DNA from: Pseudomonadota bacterium
GTDB lineage: Bacteria; Pseudomonadota; Alphaproteobacteria; SHVP01
Direction of reading: 5' to 3'
Assembly (NCBI GenBank): GCA_022566715.1
Contig: JADFIH010000003.1
Span: forward strand, 1-56,678
Length of the DNA: 56,678 nucleotides
Shown here: piece by piece, positions 44,824 to 54,153 of the stretch
How the letters are laid out: each line of letters opens with the position of its first letter
Numbering within the stretch: the first letter of the stretch is position 1
Translations under genes and position numbers: made by a program
The notes under the pieces: model-generated
The model's input: the letters and a program-made list of their open reading frames with translations, nothing else
What the model was told of the DNA's origin: nothing
Databases searched by the model: none

Positions 44824-45729
44824 ATGGCAGCCCGAAAGAAATCCACGGCTAAGCCAGCGGCAAGGCGGAAGTCCACGGCCCGGCCCGCAACGGGATCGCG
44901 GCCCAAGGCGGCTGCGAAATCCGCCGCTAGATCCGCTCCGTCGACGCGGGGGAAGCCAAAAACGAAAGCCCGGGCGAGCGCGGCGGGCCGAACGAAGGCC
45001 GCGGCCAAACCAGCCAAGCGGCGGGCGGCGAAGGCCGGACCGAAGGCCCAACCAAGGCCAAAGGCCAAATCCAAGGCAAACGCTCGACAGAAGACAACCG
45101 CCAGGCCGGCAGCGGCCAAAAAGCCGGCGCGCGCCTCAAAACCGGCCGGCGCCGCACGGCGCTCGAACGGGGCCGCGCCGCGATCCAAGCCCCGCCTCAC
45201 GGCCAAGCCCAGTGCCCGCCCGGCGCGTAAATCCACGGTTCGGCACGTGCCGGAGCCCTCGGCCCGGCCCCGGCCCGACGCGCCAAGGAGAATCGCGGGA
45301 GCCCGGCCTAATCGCGAGCGGGTCCGGTTGGGCGAATACCAGCCCGCGGACGAAGAAAGCTTCATGAATCGCCGTCAGCTCAGCTACTTCCGTAACAAAC
45401 TGCTCGATTGGCGCGAGGACTTGGTCCGGGACTCTTCCCAGACGCTCGTGAACCTGCAGGAAACCACCGTCGCCGAACCCGATCTGGCCGATCGGGCCTC
45501 GGCCGAATCGGACCGGTCACTGGAACTGCGGACGCGCGACCGCGAGCGCAAATTGGTGGCGAAGATCGACGAGGCTCTAGTCCGCATCGACGATGGCTCT
45601 TACGGGTACTGCGAGGAGACGGGCGAGCCCATCGGCCTCAGACGGCTCGAGGCGCGCCCCATCGCGACCCTCAGCATCGAGGCCCAGGAGCGGCATGAGC
45701 GCCGCGAAAAGGTTTACCGCAACGAGTAG
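44824..45729 (+). CDS. dksA: RNA polymerase-binding protein DksA (one-Cys alphaproteobacterial type) with ~170-aa basic N-terminal extension
   Basis: YQPADEESFMNRRQLSYFR, DLADRA coiled-coil tip, YGYCEETGEPIGLRRLEARPIATLSIEAQERHE; GAGG RBS before ATG 44824. Confidence 0.9.
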   Translation: MAARKKSTAKPAARRKSTARPATGSRPKAAAKSAARSAPSTRGKPKTKARASAAGRTKAAAKPAKRRAAKAGPKAQPRPKAKSKANARQKTTARPAAAKKPARASKPAGAARRSNGAAPRSKPRLTAKPSARPARKSTVRHVPEPSARPRPDAPRRIAGARPNRERVRLGEYQPADEESFMNRRQLSYFRNKLLDWREDLVRDSSQTLVNLQETTVAEPDLADRASAESDRSLELRTRDRERKLVAKIDEALVRIDDGSYGYCEETGEPIGLRRLEARPIATLSIEAQERHERREKVYRNE

Positions 45730-45808
45730 GCGCGGCGCGGCCAACATTTCACGCCCTCCGGGCGATGCTTCACCTTTCCAAACGACAAAAAAAGGCCGGC
45801 AAAACGAC

Positions 45809-45841
45809 AAAAAGGCCGGTCCTTTCTGGACCGGCCTTTTT
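45809..45841. terminator. Bidirectional terminator between dksA and flgH
   Basis: AAAAAGGCCGGTCC-TTTCT-GGACCGGCCTTTTT; left arm is duplicated immediately upstream (AAACGACAAAAA(AA)GGCCGG twice). Confidence 0.85.
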
Positions 45842-45862
45842 GCTGCGGCAAGGGGCGGACGC

Positions 45863-46624
45863 TTAGAACGGGAGCAGGATATCGAGAACCTGCTGTCCGT
45901 ACCGGGGCTGCTGCACGTCGGTGAGCTGCCCACGTCCGCCGTACGAAATCCGTGCTTCCGCAATCTGCGTGTGGTTGACGGTATTGGCCGCGGTGATGTC
46001 CTCGGGCCTCACCACGCCGGCGATGAGGAGCTCGCGGACTTCAAAGTTCACGCGGACTTCCTGCCTGCCCTGAATGACGAGATTACCGTTGGGCAGGACT
46101 TGCGTGATGATCACCGCGATCGTCAAACTCAGTTCTTCCTTGCGGTCGACGGTTCCGACGCCCTTGCTCGAGTTGCTCGAGCCCAGGCTGACGATGCTTG
46201 CCGGATTGATCGCCTGGGGGAAGACGCGGCCAAGTTGACTCTCGAGGCCGAACAAGTTGGTCAAATCGGAGTCGTCGATGTTGGTGCGCGACCGCGTCGT
46301 CGTATTGTTGAACGTGGCCTTGTCGTTGATGCCGATGATGACGGTCAAAATGTCTCCTACGCGCGAGGCGCGTTGGTCCTTGAAGAAGGCGCGCGCGCCC
46401 TGACGCCACAGCGAATTGGGCATGTGGGTCACCGTCGTGGGCGCCGGCATCGGTAAGCTGACCGTACGGTAGTCCGACCGCGTTATCGGGTTTTCGATCG
46501 GCGCCAATGGCGGTGTGGTTCCGATCTGCGACACACGGGTGACCGCGCCGCAGGCGCTCAGCGTAGCTAGGACGGTGAGGAACAAGGCCGGTCTCAACAG
46601 GCGGCGATAGTTCGGTGCGGTCAT
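45863..46624 (-). CDS. flgH: Flagellar L-ring lipoprotein
   Basis: Lipobox LSAC, NSLW...FFKDQRA..VGDILTV, VLPNGNLVIQG.QEVRVN, IAEARISYGGRG. Confidence 0.95.
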   Translation of the reverse strand: MTAPNYRRLLRPALFLTVLATLSACGAVTRVSQIGTTPPLAPIENPITRSDYRTVSLPMPAPTTVTHMPNSLWRQGARAFFKDQRASRVGDILTVIIGINDKATFNNTTTRSRTNIDDSDLTNLFGLESQLGRVFPQAINPASIVSLGSSNSSKGVGTVDRKEELSLTIAVIITQVLPNGNLVIQGRQEVRVNFEVRELLIAGVVRPEDITAANTVNHTQIAEARISYGGRGQLTDVQQPRYGQQVLDILLPF

Positions 46625-46639
46625 GACAAACATCCTTTC

Positions 46640-46697
46640 CTGGACTTTCCTGGGCCTGGACTTTCCTGGGCTTGGACTTTCTTGGGCCTGGATTTTC
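46640..46697. repeat. 16-nt tandem repeat (~3.6 copies) in the flgA-flgH gap
   Basis: CTGGACTTTCCTGGGC x2, TTGGACTTTCTTGGGC, CTGGATTTTC. Confidence 0.85.
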
Positions 46698-46703
46698 AAG
46701 CGC

Positions 46704-47669
46704 CTATCTGAGTGCGAGTTCGACGGATCCGCGCATGATCATTTGGACCTGGCCCTTGCTCACGACGGTGCCCTGCACGGTCTTGCGGCTCTTTGGATTG
46801 AGGATGCGAATAACGTCCCCCTTGGCGCCATCCTCGAGGGCCTGTCCGACCGCAGAGAGTGACATCGCCGGTGTGCGCACGAGCATGGTTACGAGGGCGC
46901 CCTTTTTGACTAGAATCGGTGTCTGGACATCGCTGAGGCGGATGGGCCGATTGGCTTGAAGGGCGCGTTTGGTCTCGAGTCCAATCAAGTCGGACTCGTC
47001 CCGGGCCGTATTCTGCTGACTTTGGCTGGCGCGCATCTCAACCATGCCGAGGTCCTCCGCGCGGATGATCTTTCCCTTTCCTAGTCCCCTCGTCAGGACG
47101 GGAAGTTCCACGAGCTTGCGCGCGTATCCCGACACGTTCAGACGCTTCGTCGCAAAGCCATCGCCTGAGATTTTCAGAGCGGCGCTGAAGCGTGATGTCC
47201 GGCGATCGAAATCGACCGCGCTGGCCTCGATCCGATAGGCCGAGTCGGGCGGAATGTTGATGCCACCGCCGCGCCCCTGCAGGTCGATTTCGAAGGATCC
47301 GGTGGCGCCGGCCGCCCTCAATTCCGGGCGGATCGCCGCCTCCAAATCCTGGCGCGGGATGGGCCGGCCCGCCCGTTCGACCTGGATGGAATGCACCCCG
47401 GGAGGGACCTGCCAGTCCAGCCCCTTGGCCCGTGCGAACTCCTGCAGCGAGCGGGTGCGAATGGACAGCCTTTCCCCCGGTTCGGGTGCGGGCCGGACCG
47501 CCACGAAGGCCAGTTCGCCCGCGCCCGTGAAAAGGTCGCCCAAAGTGATGTCGGAACCCTCGACGACGATCGCGTTCCGCAGCCGCACTTCGCCATATGC
47601 CGTGGAGGAGAAGGCCAGCATAAGCAGCCCGGCGATGGCGGCGAGGACGTGTTTCAACTCGTGTTTCAT
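46704..47669 (-). CDS. flgA: Flagellar P-ring formation chaperone
   Basis: Signal peptide, ITLGDLF, PILVKKG..V, GQALEDGAKGDVIRILNPKSRK; between flgG and flgH. Confidence 0.9.
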   Translation of the reverse strand: MKHELKHVLAAIAGLLMLAFSSTAYGEVRLRNAIVVEGSDITLGDLFTGAGELAFVAVRPAPEPGERLSIRTRSLQEFARAKGLDWQVPPGVHSIQVERAGRPIPRQDLEAAIRPELRAAGATGSFEIDLQGRGGGINIPPDSAYRIEASAVDFDRRTSRFSAALKISGDGFATKRLNVSGYARKLVELPVLTRGLGKGKIIRAEDLGMVEMRASQSQQNTARDESDLIGLETKRALQANRPIRLSDVQTPILVKKGALVTMLVRTPAMSLSAVGQALEDGAKGDVIRILNPKSRKTVQGTVVSKGQVQMIMRGSVELALR

Positions 47670-47700
47670 GGTTCCAACTCACTTATTGGGATCGCCGCGC

Positions 47701-48486
47701 CTATCTCAGGTTGGCGATCGTGCGAAGCATTTCGTCGGCCGTCGTGATGACGCGCGAGTTCATCTCGTAGGCGCGCTGGGCGGTGATCAGACTGGTCACC
47801 TCGGCGACGGGATTGACGTTCGAGGTCTCGAGAAATCCCTGAAGAATTGTGCCGTTGCCGCCAACGCCGGGCACGCCCGGCGTGGCGGTACCGGATGCCG
47901 CGGTCTCGAGCAGCAAGTTGCCGCCGATGGCGTCGAGGCCGGCCTCATTGGGAAACCTGACGAGCGTAATCTGCCCGACATTTGTCGGCGTGACCTGCCC
48001 GTTGATGATGGCGAGGATTTCGCCGCTCTGGTTGATCGTGACATCAATGGCGTCGTTGGGAACCGTCAAGCCCGGCGCGACGGTGAGACCGTCCAGGGTG
48101 ACGATCTGGCCCGTCGGACTGAGCTGGAAAGTGCCGGCCCGCGTGTAGGCGTTGCTGCCGTCCGACAGGGTGATTTGGAAATACCCCTTACCTTGAATCG
48201 CCAAATCGAAATCGTTTCCGGTATTGACCAGGCTGCCCTGCTCAGTGATTCGGTAAACGGCGCCGGCGTTGACTCCCACGCCGATTTGGATGCCGGAGGG
48301 TTCGATGGTCCCGGAATCGGTCGTTTGGGTGCCGACACGCAGCAGGTTCTGGTAGATCAGGTCCTGAAACACCGCGCGCTGGCGTTTGAAGCCCGTGGTG
48401 TTCATGTTCGCGATGTTGTTGGAAATGACTTCGACATTGAGTTGCTGCGCGAGCATTCCCGTACCGGCAGTGCTAAGGGAACTCAT
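47701..48486 (-). CDS. flgG: Flagellar distal rod protein
   Basis: TGMLAQQLNVEVISNNIANMNTTGFK, YTRAG.F, LETSNVNPV.E...LITAQRAYEMNS. Confidence 0.96.
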   Translation of the reverse strand: MSSLSTAGTGMLAQQLNVEVISNNIANMNTTGFKRQRAVFQDLIYQNLLRVGTQTTDSGTIEPSGIQIGVGVNAGAVYRITEQGSLVNTGNDFDLAIQGKGYFQITLSDGSNAYTRAGTFQLSPTGQIVTLDGLTVAPGLTVPNDAIDVTINQSGEILAIINGQVTPTNVGQITLVRFPNEAGLDAIGGNLLLETAASGTATPGVPGVGGNGTILQGFLETSNVNPVAEVTSLITAQRAYEMNSRVITTADEMLRTIANLR

Positions 48487-48514
48487 GGCGTGACTCCTTT
48501 TCTACCTGGTGCGG

Positions 48515-49243
48515 CTAAACCGAAAGAACCTGTCCGATGGTCTGGATGGCGCGGCGCCGCAAATCATCGACGGTGCTGGTTATTTGGGCGGTCGTCCTGT
48601 AGGCGTTGGCGACCTCCATCATGAGGGTCATTTCGACAACGCCGTTTACGTTCGACGTTTCGAGCATGCCTTGCAGGACGGAGAAGTTCGTCGCCGGCCG
48701 CGCGATTTGCCCGCCCGCGTCGAAGAGCCCGTCGCCCATCTTCTGCATCGCCTGTTCGTCCTCGAACGAGACGATCCGCAGTTGTCCGATCGGACCGGCC
48801 TCCGACAAAACGGTGCCGTCCGCGCGGATGGTGATCGCGCCGTCATTCGCGTCGATGACGATGGGCAGTCCGGCGTCGTCGACCAACGGGTTGCCGGTCC
48901 CGACAACGATCTGTCCGAACTCATCGAGCCGCCAATTGCCGTTCCGCGTGTAGCGCTCACCATCGAGGGTATCGACCACGAAGAAACCTTCGCCACTGAT
49001 GGCGACGTCCAGGGTGTTGCCCGTCTGCTGGATCGATCCCGGGTTGGTGTTGCGGAGCAGGCCGACATCCTCGACGTAGGAGGTCGTGCTTCCGTCGTCG
49101 GCGGTGACGAGAAATTCTTGAAACAAAGGGCGCTCGCTACGAAACGCCGTTGAAGTCATGTTTGCGACGTTGTTCGCGAGAATGTCCAGGTGACGCTGGA
49201 GCGCCATTTGATAGGACAGGACGACGTACGAGACGTTCTCCAT
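48515..49243 (-). CDS. flgF: Flagellar proximal rod protein
   Basis: MENVSYVVLSYQMALQR.LDILANNVAN, TGNTLDVAISGEGFF, YTRNG, QGMLETSNVN. Confidence 0.94.
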   Translation of the reverse strand: MENVSYVVLSYQMALQRHLDILANNVANMTSTAFRSERPLFQEFLVTADDGSTTSYVEDVGLLRNTNPGSIQQTGNTLDVAISGEGFFVVDTLDGERYTRNGNWRLDEFGQIVVGTGNPLVDDAGLPIVIDANDGAITIRADGTVLSEAGPIGQLRIVSFEDEQAMQKMGDGLFDAGGQIARPATNFSVLQGMLETSNVNGVVEMTLMMEVANAYRTTAQITSTVDDLRRRAIQTIGQVLSV

Positions 49244-49324
49244 CTTTCCTCTTCCTTGCCACTGTTTGCACCGCACTGATTTTTCAGCCGGCCACAAACC
49301 TTGCCTCATCGGCGTTAGGGAAAT

Positions 49325-49430
49325 TGCATGGCCTGTGCCAAGCCGGACAGGCCCGGAAGTCCGGGCGTTTCGACGGGACGCCGGCGGCGGGGCCGCCGTT
49401 CGGGGCAGCCATTGCCGGGCAGTTCTTTCC
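49325..49430 (-). promoter_or_regulatory. flgF promoter: sigma54 box + two ftr-like sites
   Basis: TGGCACAGGCCATGCA (49325-49340, minus); 13-mers at 49404 and 49418. Confidence 0.78.
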
Positions 49431-49486
49431 TTTGGAGGCCGGTTTGGCCTTCGGAAGCTGGTTTGGCCCCAATCCGGTGCCGGGAG

Positions 49487-49626
49487 CCAGGGCAATATCC
49501 GAAGCGATTGGACCGGCGCGGTTCGATCCCGCCCGATGAGATCGCGCTAACCCTCAAGACGCTTGGGCGGCTTTATCCATTCAGTGATCGCCGAAAGCGG
49601 GTCCGCTTGAACGGATGGGGCCCGAG
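49487..49626 (+). repeat. Dispersed double-hairpin repeat, copy B
   Basis: GGCAATATCCGAAG...TCAAGACGCTTGGGCGGCTTTATCCATTCAGTGAT...TCCGCTTGAACGGA. Confidence 0.7.
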
Positions 49627-49821
49627 CGGTGCGGCTCCGGCGGTTCGCTCCCTTGATGTCAGGCCGCGCCATTCGTCTAGTGACTTGATAATATTAGTAT
49701 TTTTCGAGATTTGGCCCCAATTCCGTCGGCGCCGCGAATTCTGTCGGTGCCAAATGCCGAAATTGAACCGATAGGACCGGACATCGGCGCGAAAACGGGG
49801 CCGAACCCCGGCCAACTGCGG

Positions 49822-49916
49822 TGAAACGGCTGTTAACCTTTTGTTTGCCCTAACGAAAATCCGCTCCGGATTTCATCCATTTTTACATCAAATGCCCCGC
49901 TTCAACGTGTTGTTAA
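49822..49916 (+). promoter_or_regulatory. Two degenerate CtrA boxes upstream of fliL
   Basis: TGAA-ACGGCTG-TTAAC (49822) and TCAA-CGTGTTG-TTAA (49902). Confidence 0.55.
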
Positions 49917-50006
49917 GCAGAAACAAGCCATTCTCCAGGCTCGGCAAGGGGAGAGAAGGGTTGGCGTGCCCGCGAGAAACCGGGTTCGCCAATAAAAGTA
50001 ACGGCC

Positions 50007-50558
50007 ATGGCCGACGACGATAAGGACGATCCCGCGGAAGATGAAGTCGTTGATGACGCCGATGAAGACGGCGGCGAAGACGGCGAAGAAGGCGAGGGTT
50101 CTAAGGGCCGCAAACTCAGCGGCAAGAAGCTCATATTGCTCGCCGGTATTCCAATTCTGCTGCTTCTGCTCGGGGCCGGCGCCTTTTTCGGCGGTTTCAT
50201 CGGTGGTTCGGAGGGCGACGAAGAGCACGCCGGGGAAGAAGGACCTCCGCCGGAGATCCACTTCTTCGACCTTCCCGAAATGCTGGTCAATTTGAACACC
50301 GGCGGCAACAAGACGACGTTCCTCAAGGTGAAGGTCTCGCTTGAGATCGAGGGTGCGGAAGCGGTGCCGGTGCTGGAGAACTTGCTGCCGCGCGTGCTCG
50401 ACAATTTCCAGGTTTATCTTCGTGAGCTCCGCATCGAAGACCTGAACGGGTCGGCCGGGCTGTTCCGGCTGAAGCAGGAGCTGCTCATGCGCATCAATCG
50501 AGCGGTCGAGCCCATTCGAGTGACCGACGTGCTGTTCAGGGAAATTTTGGTCCAATAG
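50007..50558 (+). CDS. fliL: Flagellar basal body-associated protein FliL
   Basis: Acidic N-terminus, one TM helix, FFDLPEMLVNL, FQVYLRELR.EDL.GSAGL.RLK.ELL.R, VLFREILVQ. Confidence 0.95.
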   Translation: MADDDKDDPAEDEVVDDADEDGGEDGEEGEGSKGRKLSGKKLILLAGIPILLLLLGAGAFFGGFIGGSEGDEEHAGEEGPPPEIHFFDLPEMLVNLNTGGNKTTFLKVKVSLEIEGAEAVPVLENLLPRVLDNFQVYLRELRIEDLNGSAGLFRLKQELLMRINRAVEPIRVTDVLFREILVQ

Positions 50559-50596
50559 GGGCTTGGGGCCGATAGGGACCTAGGAAATAACGGGAA

Positions 50597-51790
50597 ATGG
50601 CGGACGACGATAACGAAGCACCACCCTCGGACGAGGATGTCGCGGCCGAATGGGAGGCGAGTCTCGCGGCGGAAGGGGGGGGCGACGAAAAAGCCGATGG
50701 AGGCGGAGAGGCGCCCTCAAAGGACGGCGGCGACGGCGAGTCGGAGTCGGGCGACGGAGAGTCGGCCGAGGACGGTTTCAGCGAAGAGCTCGAAGAGTTC
50801 TCGGAATCGGGCGGCGGTGAAACCACGCGGGTTCTCAATCAAGACGAAATCGACAGTCTGCTCGGCTTCGATGGCGCTAGCGGCGACGAAGGCGAACGCA
50901 ATGGCATTCGCGCCATCATCAACAGCGCGCTGGTTTCTTACGAGCGCCTGCCGATGCTCGAGGTCGTGTTCGACCGCCTCGTGCGCATGATGACGACGAG
51001 CTTGCGCAACTTCACGTCCGACAACGTTGAGGTTTCGCTCGACAACATCACCTCCATCCGATTTGGCGACTACCTCAATTCCATCCCGTTGCCCGCCATT
51101 CTCGGCGTCTTCCGGGCCATGGAGTGGGACAACTACGGCCTGCTTACCGTCGATTCGTCGCTCATTTATTCGATCGTCGATGTCCTCCTGGGCGGCCGGC
51201 GGGGCACCGCCGCCATGCGCATCGAGGGCCGGCCCTACACGACCATCGAGCGGACCCTGGTTGAGACCATGATCGAGGTCATTTTGGCCGACTTGAGCGC
51301 CGCCTTCGAGCCCCTGGCTCCTGTGACCTTCAATTTCGAGCGGATCGAGACGAACCCGCGGTTTGCCACCATCGCCCGGCCCGCCAATGCGGCGATTCTC
51401 ATTCGGCTGCGGATCGACATGGAGGACCGGGGCGGGCGTGTCGAAATGCTGATCCCCTACGCCACCCTGGAACCCGTGCGCGAGTTGCTCTTGCAGATGT
51501 TCATGGGCGAGAAGTTCGGCCGGGACTCGATTTGGGAAAGCCACTTGGCGAGCGAGCTGTGGGCCACCGAAATCGAGATCGAAGCCGTCCTCGACGAAAC
51601 GAGAATGACGCTCCGCCAGGTCATGGAGTTTGAGCCTGGCACCACGATCATGTTCAACAGCACGAGGGAATCGAAGGTCGAACTGCGCTGCGGCGGGGTC
51701 GGCTTGATGCTCGGATCCATGGGCCGCGTTGGAAACACCCTTGCGATTCAAGTCACCGGCCGCATGGGCCAAGATGAGGCGGCCGCGTGA
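50597..51790 (+). CDS. fliM: Flagellar motor switch protein FliM
   Basis: RVLNQDEIDSLLGF, VSYERLPMLEVVFDRLVR, FMGEKFGRDSIWE. Confidence 0.96.
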   Translation: MADDDNEAPPSDEDVAAEWEASLAAEGGGDEKADGGGEAPSKDGGDGESESGDGESAEDGFSEELEEFSESGGGETTRVLNQDEIDSLLGFDGASGDEGERNGIRAIINSALVSYERLPMLEVVFDRLVRMMTTSLRNFTSDNVEVSLDNITSIRFGDYLNSIPLPAILGVFRAMEWDNYGLLTVDSSLIYSIVDVLLGGRRGTAAMRIEGRPYTTIERTLVETMIEVILADLSAAFEPLAPVTFNFERIETNPRFATIARPANAAILIRLRIDMEDRGGRVEMLIPYATLEPVRELLLQMFMGEKFGRDSIWESHLASELWATEIEIEAVLDETRMTLRQVMEFEPGTTIMFNSTRESKVELRCGGVGLMLGSMGRVGNTLAIQVTGRMGQDEAAA

Positions 51791-52251
51791 GCCCCGCGTT
51801 GATCCTCGATATCGTGATCGCCGTTATGCTCGTGGTCACCATTGGATACAGCGTCGTGCTGTATCGGCGGCTCGGAGTCCTGCGCGGTTCGCACGACGAC
51901 ATGAAGAAAGTGGTGCGCAAGTTCTCGTTCTCGATCGAACGGGCTCAGACGGGATTGCTCACCCTGAAGACCGCGAGCACCGAGCTGTCGTCGGTTCTCG
52001 CCGAGCGCACCGAAGCGGCCCGGGCCGTGAGCGATGATCTTGGCTTTCTGACCACCTCCGCGGACCGTCTCGCCGACCGCCTCGACGCCTTGGTCGGGGA
52101 GGGGCGGGCGCAGGCCAGCGTTGGCGTGCTTCAAGGTGGGGCGGCGCCCGGCGCGCAGCCTCCGCAAAGCGATTTGGGAGCGGATGACGGGAAGGTCGAC
52201 CGGTCCGAAACCGAGCGCGAGCTGATGGAAGCTTTGCGCGAGGCGAAATAA
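51787..52251 (+). CDS. PflI-like bitopic coiled-coil protein
   Basis: N-terminal TM (LDIVIAVMLVVTIGYSVVLYRRL), coiled coil, C-terminal SETERELMEAL; position fliM-X-motE as for Caulobacter pflI. Confidence 0.65.
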   Translation: MSPALILDIVIAVMLVVTIGYSVVLYRRLGVLRGSHDDMKKVVRKFSFSIERAQTGLLTLKTASTELSSVLAERTEAARAVSDDLGFLTTSADRLADRLDALVGEGRAQASVGVLQGGAAPGAQPPQSDLGADDGKVDRSETERELMEALREAK

Positions 52252-52275
52252 GTCTTTGATGGGGATGGGGTAGGT

Positions 52276-52962
52276 ATGCACAGGAAACTGCGGCTTCTTC
52301 CAATCTTGATTCTCGTGGCGGGCCTGGGCACGGCGGCCAAGGCCGTCGGCATATGGACGGAATTGCGGCCGTTCCTCGGCGTGACCGAGGCGTTGGCGCA
52401 AGAGTCCGACGCCGAAGAGGCGAAGGAGGAAGGTGCGGAGGACGGGGAAGAAGCCGCCGACACACCGGAAATCGACGGCGAGGCCATGGCCGAAGAGGCC
52501 GAAGAGCCGCCGGCGCCACGTCCCCGGAACACCGGGCCGCAGTTCTCCCGCGCTGAAATCGAGATTTTGCAGAGCTTGATGGAACGCCGCGAAACCCTCG
52601 ATCTTCGCGCCCGCGAGCTCGATATTCGGGGCAACCTCTTGTTGGCCGCGGAGCAGCGCATCGACGAAAAGATCGCTCAGCTCAAGAGCATCGAGGCGAC
52701 GATCCAGGACCTTTTGGGGCAGCATGACGACCAGGAGGAGAAAAAGCTTCGCAGCCTCGTCCGGATCTACGAGAGCATGAAACCCAAACAGGCGGCGCGT
52801 ATTTTCGAGGAACTCGACCTCGAAATCCTGATCGACGTGGCCGAGCGGATGAACGAACGGAAGTTTGCGCCGATCCTCGCCCAGATGAATCCGAAACGGG
52901 CCAAGACGGTCACGGTGGAGATCCGGACGCGCCGGAAACTGCCGGAGACGGGTGGAGGTTAA
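52276..52962 (+). CDS. motE: MotE-like (MgtE-N fold) flagellar protein
   Basis: LRLLPILI, AEQRID.KI..L, LVRIYESMKPKQAARIF, APILAQMNP..A..VT. Confidence 0.85.
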   Translation: MHRKLRLLPILILVAGLGTAAKAVGIWTELRPFLGVTEALAQESDAEEAKEEGAEDGEEAADTPEIDGEAMAEEAEEPPAPRPRNTGPQFSRAEIEILQSLMERRETLDLRARELDIRGNLLLAAEQRIDEKIAQLKSIEATIQDLLGQHDDQEEKKLRSLVRIYESMKPKQAARIFEELDLEILIDVAERMNERKFAPILAQMNPKRAKTVTVEIRTRRKLPETGGG

Positions 52963-53082
52963 GCCCAGGTAAACTGCGGGTTTTGGGCCATATGGTTAAC
53001 GCTAACTTCACTTTTTATTCCTATTTTCTTTTGAATTCTGGGCGACCCCACCATGGTCTGTGGAGGGCTGGAGGAGCTGATC

Positions 53083-53469
53083 ATGAGCGTCGATAAGAGC
53101 ATGCACATCCTCATCGTCGATGACTACAAGACGATGCTTCGAATCATCCGCAACTTGCTCAAGCAGCTCGGCTTCGAAAACGTGGACGAAGCGACGGACG
53201 GCACCGCGGCCCTGCAGAAGATCCGCGAGCGGCCCTACGGCCTGGTTATCTCGGACTGGAACATGGAGCCGATGACGGGCATCGAGCTTCTGCGCGAGGT
53301 TCGCGCCGACGAGAAGGTCAAAGGAACGCCGTTCATCATGGTGACGGCCGAGAGCAAGACGGAAAACGTCATCGCGGCCAAGCAAGCTGGGGTCAACAAC
53401 TACATCGTCAAGCCGTTCAACGCGGAAACCCTGAAGCGGAAGATGAACTCCGTTATCGGCGACTTCTAG
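53083..53469 (+). CDS. cheY: Chemotaxis response regulator CheY
   Basis: ILIVDDYKTMLRIIRNLLKQLGF, ISDWNMEPMTG, MVTAE, YIVKPF; GGAGGAG RBS. Confidence 0.95.
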   Translation: MSVDKSMHILIVDDYKTMLRIIRNLLKQLGFENVDEATDGTAALQKIRERPYGLVISDWNMEPMTGIELLREVRADEKVKGTPFIMVTAESKTENVIAAKQAGVNNYIVKPFNAETLKRKMNSVIGDF

Positions 53470-53518
53470 TTCTGGACGCGGCACAACGGACAAGGCATTC
53501 GTGCGCGGGAGCACCGGC

Positions 53519-54139
53519 ATGCGCGATACCAACGGCGAAAGAGTTTCCCTCAACGATGCGGCCGGGGTTGCATCGCTCGTCCTAGGATCGGAGCGGGACG
53601 CCATGGCCGCGGAGCCCGTCGACCATAAGGATCTGCGCCATCTCGCCAACTATGTCCGGCACGCAAAGGATGCGGTCGCCGCGGCCCGGCCCGAGGCGAT
53701 CTTGATCGACCAGGTTCCGATGGCAATGGCCGAATTGGTGGCGGTGGTCGCGGCGACGGAGGAGGCCACCGGCGTTTTTCTCGAGGCCGCGGAACAGTTG
53801 GATATCCTGAGCGAAGGTCTTCCGCGGGAGATTACCGCGAAGCTGACCGCCATCACCACGGCGATCTACGAAGCCTCTGGGTTTCAAGACATCACCGGGC
53901 AGCGCATCTCGAAGGTCCAGGGTTTTTTGAAGGAGATCGAGGACAAGGTCGCGAAGATGACGGACGCCATCGGATATCAGCCCGACCCCGACGCGCCGCC
54001 ATCCGAGCCGGCCCCAGGGGCGGCCCCGAGGGCGGCCATGGGACCGGGTAGCGAGCCCGGCGACGAAGATCTTCTCGACGGCCCCGCGCTGCCGGGTACC
54101 GGGGCCACGCAGGAAGATATCGACGCGCTGTTCGACTGA
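53519..54139 (+). CDS. cheZ: CheZ-family phosphatase (alphaproteobacterial type)
   Basis: ELxAVV.ATE.AT, IYEASGFQDITGQRISKV (DxxxQ), LLDGPALP, QEDIDALFD. Confidence 0.9.
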   Translation: MRDTNGERVSLNDAAGVASLVLGSERDAMAAEPVDHKDLRHLANYVRHAKDAVAAARPEAILIDQVPMAMAELVAVVAATEEATGVFLEAAEQLDILSEGLPREITAKLTAITTAIYEASGFQDITGQRISKVQGFLKEIEDKVAKMTDAIGYQPDPDAPPSEPAPGAAPRAAMGPGSEPGDEDLLDGPALPGTGATQEDIDALFD

Positions 54140-54153
54140 CCGGCGGTGCACAC

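Noticed and set aside
49328-49774. 148-aa ORF in the flgF-fliL intergenic region
   Set aside because: Overlaps the flgF promoter and reads through repeat copy B; its similarity to the 55585 protein is explained by the repeat.
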